NCBI RefSeq assembly: GCF_965197445.1
Contig: NZ_CBDANE010000004.1
Coordinates: 263,208-327,207, forward strand
Origin: Candidatus Palauibacter sp.
Lineage (GTDB): Bacteria > Gemmatimonadota > Gemmatimonadetes > Palauibacterales > Palauibacteraceae
Reading direction: 5' to 3'
Length of the DNA stretch: 64,000 nt
In this document: piece after piece, positions 48,563 through 57,470 of the stretch
Layout of the letters: each line of letters starts with the position of its first letter
How positions within the stretch are numbered: position 1 is the first letter of the stretch
Program-made: the position numbers and the translations under genes
Notes under the pieces: generated by a model
Told to the model about the DNA's origin: nothing
Seen by the model: only the letters and a program-made list of their open reading frames with translations
The model's database searches: none

Positions 48563-48847
48563 GTGGCCGTCATCGGAGTGGGTCGCTGGGTGTTTCACCT
48601 TCCAGGGTGCCGGTCTCTCAAGGCGAAGCGGTCCGTGATTCGCAGCCTGCGCGAGCGCTCGATCGGAAAGTTCCGTATTTCGGCGGCTGAGACGGGTCTC
48701 CGCGACCGCGCCTCGATGGCCGAGATCACCGCCTGCGTCGTCGCGGGAGAGCGCCGGCAGGCCGAATCGGTGCTCGGTCACGTGGACCGGTTCCTGCGAT
48801 CCGATCCTCGCGCGTACGTCGTCGAGTCGGAGACCGAGTTCCTTTGA
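48563..48847 (+). CDS. DUF503 family protein (YlxP-like)
   Basis: 94 aa. It sits in the conserved position between infB and rbfA. Confidence 0.7.
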   Translation: MAVIGVGRWVFHLPGCRSLKAKRSVIRSLRERSIGKFRISAAETGLRDRASMAEITACVVAGERRQAESVLGHVDRFLRSDPRAYVVESETEFL

Positions 48848-48875
48848 CGGCGGCAGGCGGCGCCGAGGCGGGCGC

Positions 48876-49232
48876 GTGACTCACCGGCATCGGGGCGAGC
48901 GCCTGGGCGAGTTGTTCCGGCGGGAGTTCACGCGGCTGCTCATGGGGCCTCTGAAGGATCCCCGGCTCGAGGGTGTGACCGTGACCGAAGTGCGGGCGAC
49001 ACGGGACCTCTCCTTCGCCACCGTCTACGTGCGGTCGGAAGATGATGTCGAGGAGGGTATCGAGGCGCTGGAGCGTGCGGTCGGTTTCATACGCCGCGAG
49101 TTGGGTCGATCGCTGCGACTCCGGAAGATTCCGGAATTCCGTTTCCTGCCCGATGAGACGCCCGAACACGCGAGCCGGATCGAAGCGCTCCTCCGGCAGG
49201 TTCACGAGAGCGACGGACAGCGTGAGGGCTGA
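48876..49232 (+). CDS. rbfA: ribosome-binding factor A
   Basis: RGERLGELFRREFTRLLMGPLKDPRLEGVTVTEVRATRDLSFATVYV (KH-like RbfA). Confidence 0.88.
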   Translation: MTHRHRGERLGELFRREFTRLLMGPLKDPRLEGVTVTEVRATRDLSFATVYVRSEDDVEEGIEALERAVGFIRRELGRSLRLRKIPEFRFLPDETPEHASRIEALLRQVHESDGQREG

Positions 49233-50136
49233 GGCCGGCCTGCTCCTCGTGGACAAGCCCGCCGGCGCGACGTCTCACGACATCATGCTTCGTCTCCGCC
49301 GGGCGCTCGGGGCGCGAAGGGTCGGCCACACCGGCACGCTCGACCCGTTTGCCACCGGGCTGCTCCTGTCACTGGTCGGACCGTTCACGCGTCTCGCGGA
49401 TCTCTTCCACGAGATCCCGAAGTCGTACGATGCCACCCTGGAATTCGGTCGGGAGACGGACACCGATGACGTGACCGGCACGACGGTCTCTGAGAGCCCC
49501 GGCTGGCGGGAGTTCGACGCCCCGGCGGTGCGGGCGGCCTTTTCCGCCCGGAAGGGGACCGGCCTCCAGGTTCCGCCGGCGTACTCGGCCCGACGGGTCG
49601 GCGGAGAGCGTGCGTACGCCGTGGCCCGCCGCGGCAGGCAGCCACAGTTGGGGGCGCGTGAGGTGGTGGTTCATGACATCGCGGTCACGGGTATCGACCT
49701 GCCGGAGGTCCGCTTTCGGGCGCGGGTGTCCACCGGCACGTACGTACGCGCGCTGGCCCGCGACATCGGGCGAGATCTCGGGTCCGCAGCGCACTTGACC
49801 ACGCTGAGACGCACCGCGATCGGGCCCTTTCGGGTGGAAGATGCGACCGTCCCGGAGGAGGCAGCGGGCGCGGTGGCCTCGGAATCTCCTGCGTGGCGGC
49901 CGGGCGTCGCGGCGCTCCCATGGATCCGGGGGCGGGAGCTAAGCGCGGGCGAGCAGATTGAGATCAGGCACGGTCGGCCCGTGGAACGCGGCGATCTGCT
50001 TCCCCCGGTCTGGACGGGTGTCGCGCCTCGCCCCGCAGAGGCCGGCTCGGTGGCGCTCTCCCGCGGCGACAGGCTCGTCGGCATCGCCCTGGAGCGGGAC
50101 GACCGCCTGTTTCCGAAGCGGGTGTTCCCGGCGTGA
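49222..50136 (+). CDS. truB: tRNA pseudouridine(55) synthase
   Basis: GLLLVDKPAGATSHDIMLRLRRALGARRVGHTGTLDPFATGLLLSLVG (the catalytic Asp motif). GTG start at 49222 overlaps rbfA by 11 nt. Confidence 0.9.
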   Translation: MRAEAGLLLVDKPAGATSHDIMLRLRRALGARRVGHTGTLDPFATGLLLSLVGPFTRLADLFHEIPKSYDATLEFGRETDTDDVTGTTVSESPGWREFDAPAVRAAFSARKGTGLQVPPAYSARRVGGERAYAVARRGRQPQLGAREVVVHDIAVTGIDLPEVRFRARVSTGTYVRALARDIGRDLGSAAHLTTLRRTAIGPFRVEDATVPEEAAGAVASESPAWRPGVAALPWIRGRELSAGEQIEIRHGRPVERGDLLPPVWTGVAPRPAEAGSVALSRGDRLVGIALERDDRLFPKRVFPA

Positions 50137-51068
50137 GCGGACTTCCGCCTCACGTGCGCGGCACCGTCGTGACAGTGGGAACCTTCGACGGAGTCCATCT
50201 CGGCCATCAGGCGATCCTGCGCCAGATCCGGCACCGCGCGCAGGCGCGGGACCGGCACGCCGTCCTGCTCACCTTCGACCCGCATCCGCTGCGCGTCGTT
50301 CGCCCCGACGCGGCGCCGCCGCTGCTCACGATGCCGAACGAGAAAAAGGAGATTCTCGCCCAGTTCGATCTCGACTACGTCGCATTCATCCCTTTCACGA
50401 TCGAGTTCTCGCGCTACTCGCCGGAGAGGTTCGTGGAAGAGGTGCTCGTACGCCGCCTGCGGGCGGCAGAGCTGGTCATCGGATACGACCACGGGTTCGG
50501 GCGCGGGCGGGCCGGTGACGTGGATGCGCTCGAACGGCTCGGGGCCGTGCACGGGTTCGAGGTCTCCGTGGTCCGGGGCGTGGAGGTGGGCGGCTCGGCC
50601 ATCTCCTCCACCCGCATCCGACACGCCGTGGCGGCGGGCGACATGGAAGCCGCGGCCGCCGGGCTGGGTCGTCCCTATTCGCTGAGAGGCACCGTGATCC
50701 ACGGGCTCGGGCGCGGCCGCACGCTGGGCTTTCCGACGGCCAACCTCACGGCTCCCCCTCCGGACAAACTCCTCCCGGCCGAGGGCATCTACGCGGTCCG
50801 GGCCAGCCTCGGCCCCGAACTCCTCCGGGGGCTGCTGCATCTGGGTCCGCGGCCGACCTTCGCGGGGTCCCCGCCGACGATCGAGTTGTTCCTGCTCGAC
50901 TTCGACCGTGACATCTACGGCGAGCGGGTCGTAGTCGAGTTCCTGCACCGGCTGCGCGAAGTGCGGCCGTTCGCGACGGGCGAGGAACTGGTCGAGCAGA
51001 TGGAACGCGACCTGGAGACTGGACGGGAGTTCTTCGCCGAAAACAAGGGAGGCGGAATTGTCCGCTGA
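50133..51068 (+). CDS. ribF: bifunctional riboflavin kinase / FAD synthetase
   Basis: VVTVGTFDGVHLGHQAIL (FAD-synthetase HxGH)...C-terminal riboflavin kinase (PTANL...GERVVVEFLHRLR). Confidence 0.9.
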   Translation: MSGLPPHVRGTVVTVGTFDGVHLGHQAILRQIRHRAQARDRHAVLLTFDPHPLRVVRPDAAPPLLTMPNEKKEILAQFDLDYVAFIPFTIEFSRYSPERFVEEVLVRRLRAAELVIGYDHGFGRGRAGDVDALERLGAVHGFEVSVVRGVEVGGSAISSTRIRHAVAAGDMEAAAAGLGRPYSLRGTVIHGLGRGRTLGFPTANLTAPPPDKLLPAEGIYAVRASLGPELLRGLLHLGPRPTFAGSPPTIELFLLDFDRDIYGERVVVEFLHRLREVRPFATGEELVEQMERDLETGREFFAENKGGGIVR

Positions 51069-52191
51069 CATCCGATGTCGTCCGGGCACGAGGGCGGTGA
51101 GGGTGGCTGCATGGAGCCTCGCCGTTCTGCTGGGGGTCCCCGGGTTGTCGACGGCCCAGGCCGTGCGCCCCATAAGGGGCCCGGCCGACCAATGTACCGT
51201 TCAGCTCCGCGAAACCCTCCGTCTGGGTTCACTTGAGGATCCGGGGACGATCGGGAGCCGTCCGGAGATCACGCGCACCGAACGGGGCGAACACATCGTC
51301 GCAAGCGCGGAGAACCGGGGGGAACTGCTGGTCTACGACTCGGAGGGCGGTTTCCGCGGCACCTTCGGGAGGGGCGGCGACGGACCCGGCGAATATGTGA
51401 TGCCGGGGCGCATCCGCCTCGGACCCGATGGGAGCCTGGTGATCCTGGACCTCCGCAACCGCCGCATCACGCGGGTGTCGGGCGAAATGGAACTTCTGGA
51501 AACCGTGGGTGTCCGTTCGCTCCAGGGGCTGGATTTCGTGACCCTCGATGCCGGCTCGCGGTATGCCGTGTCGGGCTTTGGACAGGTGGACGGACGACTG
51601 AACGCGACGACGGAATTGATCGGTGGCGACGGGGAGCGGATCGCAGGATTGGGAGACATGCCCGTGGAAGCGTGGATCGTGAACTTCTTCCGGTCGCCGG
51701 TGGCCGTCGATGGACAGGGTCGCGTATGGTCGGCCAGGGCAGGGGAGTACGCGTTCGAGGGGTGGGAGCCCGACGGGGCTGAGGAGGCGGTCGTGCGGCT
51801 GGCAGGGGAAGCGGACTGGTTCGATCCGGGGCCGCCGCAGCCGGGCGTGCCGGTCACGGCGCCAATACCCTCCGTCGTCATGAGCCTCCGCTTTGACGAG
51901 GGTCTGATGTGGGTCGGCACCTGGGTGGCCGACACGAACTGGGCCGACAACGCCGGCATCGAATCGTCCGCGCTGGACCTGGACGGACTGCTCGACACGA
52001 TCCTCGAAGTGATCGACCCCGACACCGGCCGGATCGTCGCGCGAGCGAGGCGCGACGAAGCGCTCCGCGGAACCGGCGACGATGCGTTGCTGTTCGGCGT
52101 TCGCGAAGAAGGCGGAATCCCCCGTGCCGTACTCTACGAGACCTCTCTCGCCGGCACCGGGTGTCCCGCTTCGGATCGACCCCGCATGTGA
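51058..52191 (+). CDS. secreted hypothetical protein (signal peptide; repeat-rich, possibly beta-propeller)
   Basis: AWSLAVLLGVPGLSTAQA is a signal peptide. The product is Gly/Asp-rich with recurrent GDG/DG motifs. TTG start at 51058 (or GTG ~51097). It overlaps the ribF stop. Confidence 0.6.
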   Translation: MSADIRCRPGTRAVRVAAWSLAVLLGVPGLSTAQAVRPIRGPADQCTVQLRETLRLGSLEDPGTIGSRPEITRTERGEHIVASAENRGELLVYDSEGGFRGTFGRGGDGPGEYVMPGRIRLGPDGSLVILDLRNRRITRVSGEMELLETVGVRSLQGLDFVTLDAGSRYAVSGFGQVDGRLNATTELIGGDGERIAGLGDMPVEAWIVNFFRSPVAVDGQGRVWSARAGEYAFEGWEPDGAEEAVVRLAGEADWFDPGPPQPGVPVTAPIPSVVMSLRFDEGLMWVGTWVADTNWADNAGIESSALDLDGLLDTILEVIDPDTGRIVARARRDEALRGTGDDALLFGVREEGGIPRAVLYETSLAGTGCPASDRPRM

Positions 52192-53327
52192 CAGGAGCCG
52201 CCCGGGCTACCCCGCAGCCCATCTTCGCGGCGGAAGGGTTCGCGAAACGATTCGGCGAGACGGAGGTTCTGAAGGCTGCGGCGGTTCAGGTGCGGCCCGG
52301 TCGGGTCACCGTCCTTCTGGGACGCAACGGCTCCGGGAAGAGCACCCTCCTGCGCTGTGCGCTGGGACTCTTGAGGACGGAGACGGGAAGCGTCCTGTGG
52401 CGTGGCAGGGCCACGCTGCGCCCCCGTATCAGCCGCATGGCTCCGGAGGGTCTGTTCTTTGTGCCCGACCGCGGTCTGGCGGTGCCTCCACAAAGGGTCG
52501 GCCCGCACTTCGACAGCCTGCGGGCGGCGTACCCCGGGGTGCGGAAGTTGGAGGACTGGGATCCTCTGAACGTGGCGCCCTTCCTTGGGGCCCGGATCCG
52601 GCAGCTCTCGACCGGCGAGCGGCGGCGTGTGGAACTCACGCTCGCGCTGTTGCGAAATCCGGCGTGCCTGATCGCCGACGAGCCCTTGACCGGATTGGCG
52701 CCGAACTACCAGAGCGTGGTGACACGGGCGCTGCGCGACGCGGCACAGGGCGGCTCCGCCGTGCTGATTACGGGCCACGAGGTTGAGTGCCTGATGGCGG
52801 TCGCCGACGAGGTTGTATGGATTGTCGCCGGCGGTACGCGCGTACTCGGCCCTCCCGAACAGGCGTGGGCGCATCCCGAGTTCGCCCGCCAATACCTGGG
52901 TCGCAGAAGACCCCTCGCGAACCCTTGGGACGGTAGCGAACCCGGCCTGCCCGGACGCGAATCCGACCGTGGCGAGGAGGGCGACGGCCAGGGCGAGGCC
53001 GGGCGCCGCGTATCGGGTTGGGTCGCACGCGCCGGCCGGGTGTGGCTGCCGCTCGCCGGCTCGGCCGCGGCGGTGTGGTTCGCCGTCCGGGTCTCTGTCG
53101 CGATGGTGGGTGCCGCCGCCGGGGTGTCGTCGTCGTTCGAGATGAGGAGCTCGCTCCCGCTGGTCGCACTCTGTGTCCTGCTGACCGGGATCGACCACCG
53201 CCGTCGCGGGGCGGCTCGGTGGTTCGACAACCTGGGCATGGGCCGCGGGGCCCGCGTGCTCATCTGGGGCCTGACGTGTCTGGCGCTGGAGTTCCTGGCG
53301 ACCGCGGCCGCGGCCCTGCTCCCGTGA
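52188..53327 (+). CDS. ABC transporter ATP-binding protein with a ~130 aa hydrophobic C-terminal tail
   Basis: Walker A GRNGSGKST, signature LSTGERRRV, Walker B CLIADEP, H-loop ITGHEV. The C-terminal 2-3 hydrophobic segments are VWLPLAGSAAAVWFAV..., LPLVALCVLLTGI and VLIWGLTCLALEFLATAAAAL. GTG start at 52188 overlaps the upstream stop. Confidence 0.75.
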   Translation: MTGAARATPQPIFAAEGFAKRFGETEVLKAAAVQVRPGRVTVLLGRNGSGKSTLLRCALGLLRTETGSVLWRGRATLRPRISRMAPEGLFFVPDRGLAVPPQRVGPHFDSLRAAYPGVRKLEDWDPLNVAPFLGARIRQLSTGERRRVELTLALLRNPACLIADEPLTGLAPNYQSVVTRALRDAAQGGSAVLITGHEVECLMAVADEVVWIVAGGTRVLGPPEQAWAHPEFARQYLGRRRPLANPWDGSEPGLPGRESDRGEEGDGQGEAGRRVSGWVARAGRVWLPLAGSAAAVWFAVRVSVAMVGAAAGVSSSFEMRSSLPLVALCVLLTGIDHRRRGAARWFDNLGMGRGARVLIWGLTCLALEFLATAAAALLP

Positions 53328-53479
53328 GACCGTTGGGGGCGGGGGAGACGACACGGCACGGCACACTTGCACCGTACTTTACAGCGACCGGCGACGATTC
53401 TACGTTTATGGACTGTATATGAAGCGGCCCCGCGGGGGTTCGCCGCGCGGGCGTGTGGATCAAGGGACATCGAGACACT

Positions 53480-53743
53480 GTGGAAAAGACCAGGAAGCAG
53501 GGAATCATAGAGAAGTTCTCGCGACGCGAGAACGACCAGGGGTCGGCACCGGTGCAGGTCGCGCTGCTCACTGCCCGTATCCAGGAGTTGACCGGGCACT
53601 TCCGGGATCACCCGAAAGATCACCATAGCCGCCGCGGACTGCTGAAGATGGTCGGCCGTCGTCGCCGACTGCTGAACTACCTTCGCAAGACCGATCTCGA
53701 CCGCTATCGATCGGTCATCGAGGAGCTCGGGCTACGCCATTGA
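53480..53743 (+). CDS. rpsO: 30S ribosomal protein S15
   Basis: GTG start giving (M)[67 protein letters not shown]. It matches S15 in length and motifs. The ORF-track start at 53453 adds a non-native MWIKGHRDT. Confidence 0.9.
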   Translation: MEKTRKQGIIEKFSRRENDQGSAPVQVALLTARIQELTGHFRDHPKDHHSRRGLLKMVGRRRRLLNYLRKTDLDRYRSVIEELGLRH

Positions 53744-53836
53744 GGCCATTCAGGCGCCGGCCTGCCCCGAAGTTCTCAACCTCCGCCGCCCACGGCCCGG
53801 CTCATCGGGCCACCCGCTGTCCTTCCCACGGATCGA

Positions 53837-53858
53837 CCCGGGTTTCCCCTCACCCGGG
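53837..53858 (+). terminator. hairpin CCCGGGtttcccctcaCCCGGG between rpsO and pnp (attenuator or RNase III site of the pnp leader)
   Basis: Perfect 6-bp GC stem 94 nt downstream of the rpsO stop, inside the 240-nt rpsO-pnp spacer, where such structures are known in other bacteria. Confidence 0.4.
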
Positions 53859-53983
53859 GCGTTGAGTCGAACAAGCTGATGCAAGGATGAGCAACACACC
53901 ATGAGCGCCCCGGCCGATTGCCGGCGGGCGCAGCGCCCGACCAACCGTGGCGCAACACTCGAAGAAAGAAGAGAAGACAAAGA

Positions 53984-56080
53984 ATGACGCACAGAATCGA
54001 AACCGAATTCCATGGCCGGCCCCTGATCCTCGAGACGGGCCGGATGGCCCGCCAGGCGGATGGCGCCGTCTACGTGCAGTACGGTGAAACGGCCCTCCTG
54101 GTCACGGCCACGGCGGATCGGAAGCCCACGCACCTCCCCTTCTTCCCGCTCACTGTCGAGTATCGGGAGAAGACCTACGCCGCCGGCAAGTTCCCCGGCG
54201 GATTCATCAAGCGAGAGACACGCCCCGGGGACAAGGAGACCATCTCGGCGCGGCAGATCGATCGCCCGCTGCGGCCGCTCTTTCCCGACGACTATCGCAA
54301 CGACACCCAGGTCGTCTGTTTCGTGATCTCCGCCGACCAGCAGAACGACGCCGATGTCATCGGCATGCTGGGGGCCTCGACGGCGCTGCTGCTCTCCCCG
54401 ATCCCCTGGGACGGACCCATCGCGGGCGTCCGCATAGCCAGGATGGACGGCCAGTGGCTCGTCAACCCGACGTTCGACGACCTTGAGATGTGCGACCTCG
54501 AAATCGTGGTGGCCGGCTCCGAGGATTCGATCGTGATGGTCGAAGGCGCCTGCCTCGAAGCCACGGAAGAGGAGTTTCTGGAGGCGATGAGCGTAGGACA
54601 GAAAGCCATCGTCGAGCTGATCGGCCTCCAGCGCGAGCTGGTGGCGATGGCGGGGGCTCCGGAGACGATCGAGTACGAGCCCGTGGGGCCCGATGCGGAT
54701 GTCGTCGCGAAGGTCACGGCGGAGGCCGCCGGCCGCGTCGGCGATGCGCTGAGGATGGCTGACAAGGAAGAACGCGGACGGGCTCTCTCCGCGCTGCGGA
54801 AAGACGTCACGCAGCGCCTCGAGGGAGAGCACCCCGAGTGCGGAAAGGATGTCGGTGCCGCCCTGCGGAAGCTGGAGAAGGAGATCATGCGCCACCGCAT
54901 CCTGGAGGACGGAGAGCGGATCGACGGCCGGGGGGTGAACGACCTCCGCGAGATCACCTGCGATGTCGGTCTCCTGCCGCGAACGCACGGCTCCGCCCTG
55001 TTCACGCGCGGGCAGACGCAGGCGCTCGCCGTGGCGACGCTCGGGACGGTCAGAGACGAGCAACGCATCGACTCGGTGGACGTCCGGGAAGAGACTTCGA
55101 AGTCGTTCATGCTCCACTACAACTTCCCCGGCTTCGCGACGGGCGAGGTGCGGATGTTCCGGGGTACGAACCGCCGCGAGACGGGGCACGGGATTCTGGC
55201 CGAGCGCGCGCTCCAGGCGCTGCTCCCGGCGTACGAGGATTTCCCGTACACGATCCGGATCGTGTCCGACATCCTGGAGTCGAACGGATCGAGTTCGATG
55301 GCCTCGGTCTGCGGGGGCTCGCTGTCGCTTATGGACGCGGGCGTGCCGGTGCGCGCCCCGTGCGCGGGGATCGCCATGGGGCTCATCAAGGAGGGCGACC
55401 GGGTCGAGATCCTGACCGACATCCTCGGCGTGGAAGACGCCCTCGGCGACATGGACTTCAAGGTCGCCGGGACCGAGCGGGGGATCACCGCGGTCCAGAT
55501 GGACATCAAGGCCGACGGACTGTCGGTCGCCACGATGCGGGAAGCGCTCGCACGGGCCCGCGACGCGCGGCTGCAGATCCTCGCGAGGATGAACGATACG
55601 CTGCCTTCGGCGCGCGAGGAGATGTCGCCGCATGCCCCGCGGATCGTGACGCTCCAGATCAACCCCCAGAAGATCGGCGAGGTCATTGGGCCGAAGGGGA
55701 AGACGATCCGGATGATTCAGGAGGAGACGGGTACCGAAGTCAACATCGAGGATACCGGCGTGGTGACCATCGCGGCGCCTTCGGGCGAGGGCGCGCAGCA
55801 TGCGAAGGAGATGGTCGAGGCCATCGTCCAGGAGCCGGAGGTCGGACGCATCTACCGCGGCGTCGTGAAGAACACGACCGACTTCGGGGCGTTCGTCGAG
55901 ATCATTCCCGGAGTGGAAGGCCTGTGCCACATCTCCGAACTCGAAGAGGGGCGGACCGAGAAGACCGAGGATGTCGTGAAGCCCGGCGACGAAGTGAAGG
56001 TGAAGTTGCTGGCGGTGGATGACCGCGGACGCATGAAGCTCTCGCGCCGTGCGGCCCTCACTCCCGCCGGGGAGGGCTGA
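53984..56080 (+). CDS. pnp: polyribonucleotide nucleotidyltransferase (PNPase)
   Basis: Two RNase PH domains, a KH domain (PQKIGEVIGPKGKTIR), and S1 (GRIYRGVVKNTTDFGAFVE). Confidence 0.95.
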   Translation: MTHRIETEFHGRPLILETGRMARQADGAVYVQYGETALLVTATADRKPTHLPFFPLTVEYREKTYAAGKFPGGFIKRETRPGDKETISARQIDRPLRPLFPDDYRNDTQVVCFVISADQQNDADVIGMLGASTALLLSPIPWDGPIAGVRIARMDGQWLVNPTFDDLEMCDLEIVVAGSEDSIVMVEGACLEATEEEFLEAMSVGQKAIVELIGLQRELVAMAGAPETIEYEPVGPDADVVAKVTAEAAGRVGDALRMADKEERGRALSALRKDVTQRLEGEHPECGKDVGAALRKLEKEIMRHRILEDGERIDGRGVNDLREITCDVGLLPRTHGSALFTRGQTQALAVATLGTVRDEQRIDSVDVREETSKSFMLHYNFPGFATGEVRMFRGTNRRETGHGILAERALQALLPAYEDFPYTIRIVSDILESNGSSSMASVCGGSLSLMDAGVPVRAPCAGIAMGLIKEGDRVEILTDILGVEDALGDMDFKVAGTERGITAVQMDIKADGLSVATMREALARARDARLQILARMNDTLPSAREEMSPHAPRIVTLQINPQKIGEVIGPKGKTIRMIQEETGTEVNIEDTGVVTIAAPSGEGAQHAKEMVEAIVQEPEVGRIYRGVVKNTTDFGAFVEIIPGVEGLCHISELEEGRTEKTEDVVKPGDEVKVKLLAVDDRGRMKLSRRAALTPAGEG

Positions 56081-56190
56081 GAACGGCACATCCCGGCCTG
56101 CCGCCGCACGGGCCGGCCGGGAGCCCTGGGTCGCTCCCTTCGGTTGACGGAGATCGCCTCCTGCCCGCGCGCGAATCCGAGCGACTCGAC

Positions 56191-57468
56191 GTGGCGGTCC
56201 ACCGGACCCGCCTCGAGAACGGCATCACGGTGCTCAGCGAGCGTATGGATTCCGTGCGTTCCGTGGCGGTCGGTTTCTGGGTGCGTCAGGGACGAGTCCA
56301 CGAGGACGAAGCCGTGGGCGGAGTGTCGCACCTGCTCGAACACATGGTGTTCAAGGGGACGCGCCGGCGGTCGGCCAGGGATCTCGCATGGGAGCTCGAG
56401 CGGCTCGGTGGAGCCCTTGACGCCTATACGACGCACGAATGCACGGCCTTCCAGGCGCGCGTACCGGCGGCCGATCTCGGCGTGGCTCTCGACGTGCTGT
56501 GTGACCTCGTCTTCCGGCCCCTCCTCGAGGAGCGCGATCTCGAGGTGGAGCGGGAAGTCGTGCTCGAGGAAATCGCCTCCGCCGCGGAAATCCCTGAAGA
56601 CCTGGCGTTCGAGGCGCACGCGCGCTTTCTGTATGGCGGTCATCCGTACGGGGAGCCGATCCTCGGAACCCGGGCCTCTGTAGGAGCGCTCCCCCTGAGG
56701 GCGCTGGCAGAAGTGCACGGCCGCGCGTACCGGCCGGGGAACATCGTCGTCGCGGCGGCTGGAGCGGTCGAGCATGCAGCTCTGGTGGAGGGGCTGGCGC
56801 GGTGGCTTCCAGACCGGGCGGCTGTGCCGCGTCCCGAGGATCCTCCCCCAGCCAACGGCGGGTCCGGTTTCCGACGCCTCCGACACGCCGGCGGACGCCA
56901 GACGCACGTCGTGACCGGCGCGCCCTCTGTCCCATGCCGAGACCGCCTGCGTTACGCGATCTACGTGACCTCGACGGCTCTCGGCGGCGGGATGAGTTCG
57001 CGGCTCTTCCAGCGCATCCGCGAGACGCGCGGTCTGGCGTACTCCGTGTATAGCTTCCATGCCCTCCATGCGCGGGCAGGGCATGTGGGTGCCTATGTCG
57101 GTACGAGACCCGAGACGGCCGGGGAAGCCCGCGAGGCGTTGACGGAAGAACTGGCGCTTCTGGCCCGTGAGGGACTAACGGGGGATGAACTGGACGACAC
57201 CCGCAGCCAGCTCAAGGGACAGTTCCTGATTTCACTGGAATCGCCGGTGTCCCGCATGAACCGGCTGGCCGGGATCGCGCTCTACGAACACCCGTATCTT
57301 ACCCTGGACCAGGTGGCGGCCCGCATCGATGAAGTGAACCGCGCTCAGTGTCTCGAAGCCGCCGCATACTTCTCGCCGGAGCGGCTCGCCACGCTCGAGC
57401 TGTCGCCCGGAGACGATCCCGCAGGATCCACACCGGACCCAATCCGACCTTCCGCCTGGAGCCAATAG
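56191..57468 (+). CDS. M16-family zinc peptidase (pitrilysin-like)
   Basis: The inverted zinc motif HLLEHMVFKG...E; ~425 aa. It follows pnp, as in many bacteria. Confidence 0.85.
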   Translation: MAVHRTRLENGITVLSERMDSVRSVAVGFWVRQGRVHEDEAVGGVSHLLEHMVFKGTRRRSARDLAWELERLGGALDAYTTHECTAFQARVPAADLGVALDVLCDLVFRPLLEERDLEVEREVVLEEIASAAEIPEDLAFEAHARFLYGGHPYGEPILGTRASVGALPLRALAEVHGRAYRPGNIVVAAAGAVEHAALVEGLARWLPDRAAVPRPEDPPPANGGSGFRRLRHAGGRQTHVVTGAPSVPCRDRLRYAIYVTSTALGGGMSSRLFQRIRETRGLAYSVYSFHALHARAGHVGAYVGTRPETAGEAREALTEELALLAREGLTGDELDDTRSQLKGQFLISLESPVSRMNRLAGIALYEHPYLTLDQVAARIDEVNRAQCLEAAAYFSPERLATLELSPGDDPAGSTPDPIRPSAWSQ

Positions 57469-57470
57469 AG

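Noticed and set aside
56092-56122. Inverted repeat CCCGGCC...GGCCGGG downstream of pnp as a defined Rho-independent terminator
   Set aside because: The stem is present, but the loop is long (~12 nt) and there is no T-tract. It is plausible as a transcript-stabilising hairpin but too weak to list as a feature.
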